The position numbers and the translations under genes are program-made. A DNA stretch of 64,000 nt from Candidatus Poseidoniaceae archaeon (GTDB lineage: Archaea > Thermoplasmatota > Poseidoniia > Poseidoniales > Poseidoniaceae). The stretch covers positions 8,566 through 72,565 of the forward strand of contig JAOMOG010000006.1 of assembly GCA_028353405.1 (NCBI GenBank), written 5' to 3'. A model generated the notes under the pieces. It did no database searches and was not told the origin of the DNA. It worked only from the letters and a program-made list of their open reading frames with translations. Positions 56,902 through 64,000 of this stretch are shown one piece after another; the stretch's first letter is position 1, and every line of letters begins with the position of its first letter.

Positions 56902-59900
56902 TCAAGCCTGGAATGTAGGATAATACTGTCTTGTATATGCCAATGCATCTGCAGCTGGATATCCTTGAGCGACTAAGCCATTGTAATAATCACGTGCAGG
57001 ATCTGGTTGTACAACTGGTTGAGGTTGAGCAACTACTGCTGGCGCTGTAGCAACCGGTGCAACATACTGTTGTGCAACCGCTTGAGTTGGCTGTGCAGAG
57101 AAATCAGGCATTGCAACTGCTTGAGTTGGCTGAGCACCCATATTAGGCATCTCTGGCATAGGTGAGCCTGCAGTCCAAGATTTGTCTTGACCGTCTTCTG
57201 GCTTGCTTCTAAGCATAACAAAGGCGACCACACCAATAATGATGAGTACTGTAGCAATTCCACCAACAATAACAGTTGAAGAAATTGAGGATGATGAACT
57301 TCCACCTTTAGATTCTTCCTTTATCCATCGAGTAGCATCATCAGGATAAGCATCTGCTCCCTCTTCAATAGTCCAACCTTCACTTGGGTTTGACCATCCA
57401 TCACCATCTACATCCAAGCAGCCAATTCGGTCATTGGTTGAATTACCATAGATATTAGGGCAAGCATCTGCACCCATTTCAACAGTCCAATCTGTATCAG
57501 GATCAGAGAGGTAGTCTCCATCTGAATCTGGACAGCCGGAACGATCTGTTTCCGACATACCAAATACATCAGGACAGTTATCGCCCTTGGTTCCTTCTGC
57601 GTTATCACCAAATGTATCTGAATCTGAATCTGCCCATTGTGTTGGGTCATTGACGAAAATTACTGCATCTGCTCCTTGTGCTGGACTCCAATCGAAGTTA
57701 GGGTCTGAACGTCCATCTCCATCTGAATCCAAGCAACCAAAGCGATCTACTGTTGAATTTCCGAATTCAGAAGGACAAGCATCAGGCTCATTACCTTCAG
57801 CATTCTCACCAAATCCATCACCATCGGAATCAATCCATTGTGTACTTTCTTGTGGTAGATCATCAATCATATCAGCCCAACCATCTCCATCAGAATCTTG
57901 GCAACCGAGGAATCCTCCTTCAGTTGAAGTTCCAGAAAGAATAGGGCAATAATCCTGCCCAGTTGCATCTGCATGATATTGACCTGGCCAAGATGGGTTT
58001 CTATCATCCCAACTCATATTTGCCCAGTTATCACCAAATCCATCTTCATCATAATCCGACCATTGGGCTGGGTCATTAGAAAATGCATCAGCGCCGTCTT
58101 CTGCGGTCCAAGATGTGTCTGCATCTGAATATCCATCTTCATCTGCATCAAAGCATCCTAAGCGGTCTTCAGTTGATGTACCAGCCATGCTTGGGCAATC
58201 ATCAGCATTCACACCTTGTGGATTATCTCCAAATTCATCTCCATCTGCATCAGCCCATTGAGAGATTTCAGTAGGGAATGCATCATCGACATCAGCCCAA
58301 CCATCGGCATCCGTATCTAAACAAGCATTCTTTCCACCTAGTGTAGAGTTACCTGCTTGTGTAGGACAGTCATCGAATAAGTCTGACCACCCGTCACCAT
58401 CTTGGTCAACACAGCCTTGTTGTCCAAGAGTTGAGTTTCCTGCTACAGTTGGACAATCATCCAATACATCGTCAACTGAGTCAGCATCGTCATCTAAATC
58501 TTCATCACTGTCACGGCAACCATCACCATCTATATCTGTTGCTTGATCGGAAACCCAGGTAGGTCTAGGAGGATTATATCCTGTCCATGGACATAAGTCA
58601 TTTACATCCTCAATGAGATCATTATCATCATCCAAGTCTTCATCACTGTCACGGCATCCATCATTATCCCAATCAGTTGAAGCGGATGGGTTGGTAGTAT
58701 CTTGAGAGCTAGTCCAATTATATGCACCACCACGGGCACAATTATCAGGGAAATTATCAGTCAAACCGTCATTATCATCATCTGAATCACATTCATCACC
58801 TTCACTATCAAAATCGGTATTTGCTTGTGTAGGGTTTGAATCGGAAGGACAATTGTCATTGATATCAGGAATACCATCATTATCCATGTCCTGCTTTGTT
58901 GCAGGATCAAATGCCCAAAGGAATACATCGTAACTTCCAGATGTAGTTACTGAAAATGTTCCCTTGGTTACTGTTCCTGAAAATCCACCAGCAACAGTAA
59001 CTATATCTGACATATTGACACTAATTCCACTTGCGACTTCATCCATTGAACCTCCAGAAATATCCAACCATGACCAAGCACCGGTGGAATCTATTCCGCC
59101 TATCAAAATCTCATTATTTCCTACTGGTGATGCAGTGTTGCTACCTGCACTGAAAGAACTGGTAATTGTTGCAGAAACAACAATTTCTCCAGTCGATAAT
59201 AAAGCAACACCTGAGAATGAATCATTATTCGAACTTCCTCCAGATGTAGCCCAACCATTACCGCTTGCTGAATCCATTATTAAGAAGGCATCTCTATTTC
59301 CTTGACTTGCAGAAAGTGACCAGCCTTGACCTTGGAGAGTTCCACCAAATCCACCGACATAGTACATATTACCATTCATATCTTCTGTAATACCAGTGAG
59401 AATTACAACCTCATTTGGCACACCATACCCAACCAATGTCACTATTGCACCATTAGTATCGAGTTCTAAGAGAAACGAATCTGCAACTCCCACATTTGCA
59501 TATAATTGTTGACCGAATGTAATTGCGTTTTGATTGAGTCCAGCCAAGATGATCTCACCGGTCATTGATGTATGTAAATCTAAGACACCCGTATTTCCAC
59601 TAGCACCACTAACGACCCAGATTAATTGCCCATTATTGCCGTCATATTTTGCTACGTAAAGAGTTGGAGCAACTGCGTTGATACTCGTTCCTCCAAAATC
59701 AGTATTACCATCAAATTGTCCAGCAATAATAATATCACCATTCATATCTAGTTCTACTGCATCTACAGAACTTGTATTGTTATTTGTTCCAGTTGTTGCG
59801 TGGGAATGAGCCCACATAAAGTTTCCAAACGGATCTGTTTTTGCTAAGTAGCCATCACCTGCTTGACTAGTTACTGTTTGGATTCCAAATTGTACTGAGC

Positions 59901-60381
59901 CGCTAAAGAATCCTCCGATTACAGCCTCACCGCCCATTCCAGCACCTACATCAGAAACAAATGAATATCCATTTGAGTGATCTCCTGTAGTGACCCAATT
60001 CCAACTACCTGTATCTGAAACTGAAGCTAAGAAAAATTCACAATACCGACCGAGTATTTGAGCACAAGATGCGTGATATGGACTAGTAGGGCTGATAGTT
60101 GATTGACCAAATGTTGCAGCATTACCAAATTCACCTGCAACAATATTACCGTCACCAAACCCTGCCATAACTGAAGCATATTCAAAACCACTACCGCCTG
60201 CATCGGCTAAGAAATGATTTGCTGTTGCCCGACCAGAGACGGACAATAAATCAAGTTGTTCCAATTGTTCCGATTCTTCTTCAGCAACATTCTCATTATA
60301 CAACAAAATTGGAGTAAGTACTGAAAATAATAGAATCACGATTATACTGCGGGCAATTACACTCTGAGAAAGACTGCGCAT
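56902..60381 (-). CDS. Giant surface protein: beta-propeller-like N-terminal repeats, thrombospondin type-3-like calcium-binding repeats, TM helix and Pro/Gln-rich tail
   Basis: Has a signal/anchor (IIVILLFSVLTPILL). Repeated G-rich beta-strand units are followed by DNDGIPDINDNCP...D.DGDG.CD repeats and about nine CPxxxGxSTxxRxGCxDxDxDGxSD modules. A TM helix (VIVGGIATVLIIIGVVAFVML) and the tail follow. Confidence 0.85.
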   Translation of the reverse strand: MRSLSQSVIARSIIVILLFSVLTPILLYNENVAEEESEQLEQLDLLSVSGRATANHFLADAGGSGFEYASVMAGFGDGNIVAGEFGNAATFGQSTISPTSPYHASCAQILGRYCEFFLASVSDTGSWNWVTTGDHSNGYSFVSDVGAGMGGEAVIGGFFSGSVQFGIQTVTSQAGDGYLAKTDPFGNFMWAHSHATTGTNNNTSSVDAVELDMNGDIIIAGQFDGNTDFGGTSINAVAPTLYVAKYDGNNGQLIWVVSGASGNTGVLDLHTSMTGEIILAGLNQNAITFGQQLYANVGVADSFLLELDTNGAIVTLVGYGVPNEVVILTGITEDMNGNMYYVGGFGGTLQGQGWSLSASQGNRDAFLIMDSASGNGWATSGGSSNNDSFSGVALLSTGEIVVSATITSSFSAGSNTASPVGNNEILIGGIDSTGAWSWLDISGGSMDEVASGISVNMSDIVTVAGGFSGTVTKGTFSVTTSGSYDVFLWAFDPATKQDMDNDGIPDINDNCPSDSNPTQANTDFDSEGDECDSDDDNDGLTDNFPDNCARGGAYNWTSSQDTTNPSASTDWDNDGCRDSDEDLDDDNDLIEDVNDLCPWTGYNPPRPTWVSDQATDIDGDGCRDSDEDLDDDADSVDDVLDDCPTVAGNSTLGQQGCVDQDGDGWSDLFDDCPTQAGNSTLGGKNACLDTDADGWADVDDAFPTEISQWADADGDEFGDNPQGVNADDCPSMAGTSTEDRLGCFDADEDGYSDADTSWTAEDGADAFSNDPAQWSDYDEDGFGDNWANMSWDDRNPSWPGQYHADATGQDYCPILSGTSTEGGFLGCQDSDGDGWADMIDDLPQESTQWIDSDGDGFGENAEGNEPDACPSEFGNSTVDRFGCLDSDGDGRSDPNFDWSPAQGADAVIFVNDPTQWADSDSDTFGDNAEGTKGDNCPDVFGMSETDRSGCPDSDGDYLSDPDTDWTVEMGADACPNIYGNSTNDRIGCLDVDGDGWSNPSEGWTIEEGADAYPDDATRWIKEESKGGSSSSSISSTVIVGGIATVLIIIGVVAFVMLRSKPEDGQDKSWTAGSPMPEMPNMGAQPTQAVAMPDFSAQPTQAVAQQYVAPVATAPAVVAQPQPVVQPDPARDYYNGLVAQGYPAADALAYTRQYYPTFQA
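57310..58890. repeat. Array of degenerate coding repeats (TSP3-like Asp-rich calcium-binding modules)
   Basis: D.DGDG / CP...G.ST..R.GC modules recur through this stretch of the translated minus strand. The opposite strand gives only low-complexity ORFs. Confidence 0.8.
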
Positions 60382-60475
60382 AGATATCCGGTCATACCAA
60401 TAGAACATCAATCCTTGCATCAACAGTTTGCCTTGCTTTCGCTAAATATATTGAAAGTAATTAGGCAAATATTGC

Positions 60476-60775
60476 TCATTCGACGTTGCCATCGAGTGTT
60501 AACAAACTGCTATCGCCTGCATCTACAACACATATAGTTGAAACAGAAAACGGCTTACCACAAGCAACACCAAGTTCACGGTTTACTTGTGTAGTTCGGA
60601 ATTTAGTAACCTCAGGATGTGATGCATGAAGAGCATCAACATATTCAGTCGGGCAGTTTGCTGCAAGAATAATCAACTTTGCTTCACCGCGTGTACAAGC
60701 ATCAATGGTTTGACGTTGTCCAAACAGTAGTTTTCCAGTTGTATTTGCATTTTTTAATTGTCGGCTTAGATCCAT
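60476..60775 (-). CDS. rpl30e: Ribosomal protein L30e
   Basis: Contains TGKLLFGQRQTIDACTRGEAKLIILAANCP and lies directly downstream of rpoA2, the conserved archaeal arrangement. I chose the ATG at 60775. Confidence 0.85.
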   Translation of the reverse strand: MDLSRQLKNANTTGKLLFGQRQTIDACTRGEAKLIILAANCPTEYVDALHASHPEVTKFRTTQVNRELGVACGKPFSVSTICVVDAGDSSLLTLDGNVE

Positions 60776-60822
60776 TATATTATTCCTCCATTCTCCACAT
60801 TTGTTTCTCATGGGGTGGAAAT

Positions 60823-62379
60823 TCATTCAGGGATGTAGAACAGTTCTACACTACCAGTACCAAGTGAAATTGGCTGACCTACGATAATGTTCTCTGCAAC
60901 ACCAGTTAGGTAATCCTTCTCACCGATAATACCTGCCTTGAGCAAGTGATTAACAGTAACTTCGAACGCAGCACGAGCAAGTATACTATGCTTTGAACCG
61001 GATACACCATGGCGACCAATTGCACGAACTTCACCTTCTGAAGTCATTACATCTGCAACCATCAGTAAGTGACGTACATCGACTTCAAGACGAGCACCGT
61101 CAAGTGTGCTTTGCAATTCGTTAATAATCGCTTGTCGAGCTGCCTCAATACCAAGATAATTGTAAACTTCAAGAATGTTGTTGGTATAGGTACGAGAGCG
61201 ATCTATTGTTTCAAGTTCGCTTACACGTTGAAGGTTTGAACCGATTGTAGAAAGATAATACTCTCCTGTTTTATCATCCAATTGTACATTTGCACGAAGG
61301 ACATTTGGAATACCCTTCAAACGCATATCTCTAATCTTCTCTTCTAATTGAAGGAGCATTGTATAGGATGGCGGGTTATCAGCAAGTTCTGCCAAATCTT
61401 CCGCACTATGGATTCCTGGAATCAATGTTAAAGTGGAAGGTTTCTTTTCCTTATCCGCTTGAACATAAAGCCTTGTAGCTCTTTCTAGTTTATCCTTAAC
61501 TTCCAACTCAGTCATTCCCTTTTGCTTGAGCATGCCCTTGTTCAATTTCAAAACTAATCTCCTTTGAGCAACGTCTGTTTCAAGAGAAGCAATGTTTACA
61601 GTAGTAGTTACTTCAATACCAGCAGCTAATTTCTTCGCTTCTTCTGCAGAGTTTTTCTTATCTCCTGTTAAACGAATTGTCATTGTTGGTGTTTGTGGAA
61701 CCTTTCGTGCATCGACCACTTCAATAATACGTGGAAGACCCATTGTAACGTTAATTGTAGCAACTCCCGCATAGTGGAAAGTACGCAGAGTCATCTGAGT
61801 ACCTGGTTCACCAATTGATTGCGCTGTAATAATACCTGCAGCTTCAAAGGGGTCAATACTAGCTCGCTCAAGTGCTTCAATAGAACCTGCAATAACTTTC
61901 TTTGCCTGTGGCTTAGTTAACTTTTTCATATCTCTATCATGAATTGCTTGGGTTAAGTCATGAATAATTCGGTCATTAAAACGGTCACTACCTGCTGCTT
62001 TAATTGCAACTTCTAAGGCTTTGAAAACTGGGTCTTCGGATAATGTGTCTTCTAATGAAAGTAATTTTTTATCTTCCTCATAAGTTTCCAAATCAGCCGC
62101 TATCTTAATCGTAGAACGTTTCTTAGCCTTCTTCAGTTTGACATTTGTCACTGGACCAGTAGATTCGCTACCTTGATCTTGTCCTTTCTTGGTCGCACCA
62201 ATAATGATTGCATGAATTGTATCACCGGTTTCAGAATCAGTTTCACAGATTTGAGCAATTTGTTGCGAAGTCAAAATTTTGACATCGTCCCATTTCTTGT
62301 CATCCGCTAGAACGTGTGCATAGTTATCTGCAATACCCAAATCCATTAACTTCTTCTTGGTTGCACTCTTTACTACCAT
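60823..62379 (-). CDS. rpoA2: DNA-directed RNA polymerase subunit A'' with an N-terminal extension
   Basis: Contains [21 protein letters not shown] and C-terminal HGVSG and FEVT blocks. Its start overlaps the rpoA1 stop (TGATG). Confidence 0.9.
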   Translation of the reverse strand: MVVKSATKKKLMDLGIADNYAHVLADDKKWDDVKILTSQQIAQICETDSETGDTIHAIIIGATKKGQDQGSESTGPVTNVKLKKAKKRSTIKIAADLETYEEDKKLLSLEDTLSEDPVFKALEVAIKAAGSDRFNDRIIHDLTQAIHDRDMKKLTKPQAKKVIAGSIEALERASIDPFEAAGIITAQSIGEPGTQMTLRTFHYAGVATINVTMGLPRIIEVVDARKVPQTPTMTIRLTGDKKNSAEEAKKLAAGIEVTTTVNIASLETDVAQRRLVLKLNKGMLKQKGMTELEVKDKLERATRLYVQADKEKKPSTLTLIPGIHSAEDLAELADNPPSYTMLLQLEEKIRDMRLKGIPNVLRANVQLDDKTGEYYLSTIGSNLQRVSELETIDRSRTYTNNILEVYNYLGIEAARQAIINELQSTLDGARLEVDVRHLLMVADVMTSEGEVRAIGRHGVSGSKHSILARAAFEVTVNHLLKAGIIGEKDYLTGVAENIIVGQPISLGTGSVELFYIPE

Positions 62380-64000
62380 CAGTTCTCACCTCCATCATAC
62401 TCAGATGCATCTTCCCATGCACCAAGATCATCTTCTGCTACTTCATGTTCAAAGGACTCTCTCTCAACGAGAGTTTTTCCTTCAGTTCCCAGTGCATCAT
62501 CAACAATTACATCGATGTTGAACGCAGAGCCGTGAACACCTCTTGAAGGATCAATACCATCTTCACCATATGAGAATTGAATAATACGATTTGCAGTATT
62601 ACGAACAGAGAACATATTGTCGCTGGTAACCTTCAAGTCATCCATTGCGTTAATCAAACGGCGTTGCATATATCCAGACTTAGATGTACGAACCGCTGTA
62701 TCTACCAGAGATTCACGACCGGAAACAGAGAGCATGAAAAACTCCGTTGGCCTTAATCCACGCTTGAAAGAAGAATCGATGAAACCTCTTTCACTAGCAC
62801 CTCGACCTCCACGTTGGAAGTGAGGAAGGACACGGTCTAGGTATCCACGCTCTAGACGCTTACCACGAACCTTTGCTTGACCGATAGAACCTGCCATCAT
62901 TGTCAAGTTGTCCATAGAACCACGAGCACCAGAAATAGCCATGTTAACCGCAGCATTTGTAGAACCGGATTGGTTTAACTCATCCTTTGCAATATCTCCA
63001 GCAGTCTGCTTACCTTCATCCAACATTACCATGATATTCTCTTCCAGAGTTTCACGTGTTGTACGACCAGGTCTGGTTTCGTAATGCTTTCCATCCTTAC
63101 CAAACTTTTCAAGTTCTGCGTTGACTAATTGACGTGCATCTTCATTTGCTTGCTCAATACCACTTAATGCCTCAGCACTCAAATCTTCATCGTCAATACC
63201 TGTTGTAAATCCAAGAGATGTACAAGCTGCAATTGTTAAGCGAGTGAATTCGTCCAAGAATTTAGCACCTAATTCAGGTCCCTTTGTTTGAACAATTTGG
63301 TCCAGTAGACGTCCGTCTTCCGCACCGATAGCACGCTTATCCAGAGTTCCAGTAACATTTCCATCTTTAATTACAACATCATCATTAGAACGACTACGGA
63401 ATCGAATATTGATGTCATCTGGAATAATCAATGAAATTAGATCTGTTCCACGGAAAGCATCATTACCATTTTCATCCTTAACAATTTCAGGTAGTTCTCC
63501 TGTCCAATCAATATTACCGAGCATCTCAAGTCCATGCTTAAAGGAAATCAGAGTTCCTGGGCGTGTCAATAGATAAGCACCGGAAATGTGATCGTGTATT
63601 CCACCGATAACAGCTCCACCATAACGAGGTGTTAGGATGTGCTCTTGTACTCTCATCAAAATATTAGCTTCTGCACGAGCCTCTTCAGATTGGATAATAT
63701 GTAAGTTCATTTCGTCACCATCAAAATCAGCGTTATATGGTGTACAAACCGCTAAGTTGAAACGGAAAGTATGACCTTCCATTACACGAACTTCGTGTAC
63801 CATCATAGACATTCTGTGAAGTGAAGGTTGACGGTTGAAAATTACCACATCGCCATCAACTAAGTGACGTTCAACCAAAAGACCAGGCTTAGGGTTACCG
63901 TTTCTATCAACGGTTGACAAACGATCTTCAACAAAGGTTCGGTCTCCCCATTCATCTTCAGGACTTCCACAGTGTGGACAAGAAATGCTTAGGGTATCTG
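62379..64000 (-). CDS. rpoA1: DNA-directed RNA polymerase subunit A' (C-terminal part; the 5' end lies beyond the window)
   Basis: Contains [13 protein letters not shown] and the catalytic [10 protein letters not shown]. The frame stays open from 63921 to the window edge (...[20 protein letters not shown]). Confidence 0.9.
   Translation of the reverse strand, partial: DTLSISCPHCGSPEDEWGDRTFVEDRLSTVDRNGNPKPGLLVERHLVDGDVVIFNRQPSLHRMSMMVHEVRVMEGHTFRFNLAVCTPYNADFDGDEMNLHIIQSEEARAEANILMRVQEHILTPRYGGAVIGGIHDHISGAYLLTRPGTLISFKHGLEMLGNIDWTGELPEIVKDENGNDAFRGTDLISLIIPDDINIRFRSRSNDDVVIKDGNVTGTLDKRAIGAEDGRLLDQIVQTKGPELGAKFLDEFTRLTIAACTSLGFTTGIDDEDLSAEALSGIEQANEDARQLVNAELEKFGKDGKHYETRPGRTTRETLEENIMVMLDEGKQTAGDIAKDELNQSGSTNAAVNMAISGARGSMDNLTMMAGSIGQAKVRGKRLERGYLDRVLPHFQRGGRGASERGFIDSSFKRGLRPTEFFMLSVSGRESLVDTAVRTSKSGYMQRRLINAMDDLKVTSDNMFSVRNTANRIIQFSYGEDGIDPSRGVHGSAFNIDVIVDDALGTEGKTLVERESFEHEVAEDDLGAWEDASEYDGGEN

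Noticed and set aside
57310-58890. Regularly spaced DNA repeats that could be mistaken for a CRISPR-like array or satellite
   Set aside because: The periodicity is degenerate and sits in one long open frame encoding Asp-rich calcium-binding modules. There are no identical direct repeats with unique spacers.

Overview
The window reads as an archaeal chromosomal segment with no rRNA, no CRISPR array and no integrase or transposase. Archaeal informational genes are present: split rpoA1/rpoA2 followed by rpl30e, ribosomal protein eS1, proteasome beta next to aCPSF1/FttA, PurP, an archaeal-type TrpRS, ZPR1 and a SepF-like gene. I also find two tRNAs without encoded CCA and an archaeal-type RNase P RNA. 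These are mixed with bacterial-looking metabolic genes: thyA-folA, plsC, the Ni-superoxide dismutase pair sodN/sodX, and a 7Fe ferredoxin. Five very large type-I membrane-anchored surface proteins are also encoded. One of them is a kexin-like subtilase, and two carry thrombospondin-type-3 calcium-binding repeats. By inference only, this combination fits a marine planktonic euryarchaeote such as Marine Group II/III. The RNase P RNA (628-934, minus strand) lies under two spurious track ORFs. The most unusual locus is 37.4-42.9 kb. It holds a translationally coupled operon of a coiled-coil protein, a eukaryote-type Cid1/TENT terminal nucleotidyltransferase fused to a long coiled coil, a GNAT acetyltransferase and a Roadblock/LC7 protein. 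That operon abuts a KaiC/RecA-like ATPase with a deviant P-loop and another coiled-coil protein. Other oddities are listed below:
- an eS1 ribosomal protein with an acidic repeat and a C-terminal SAP-like motif
- a PdaD-like protein without the pyruvoyl-forming serine
- a surface protein with two cytoplasmic zinc ribbons
- an N-terminally extended RpoA''
- a TrpRS with an insertion
All functional calls come from motif recognition by eye. No database search was run.
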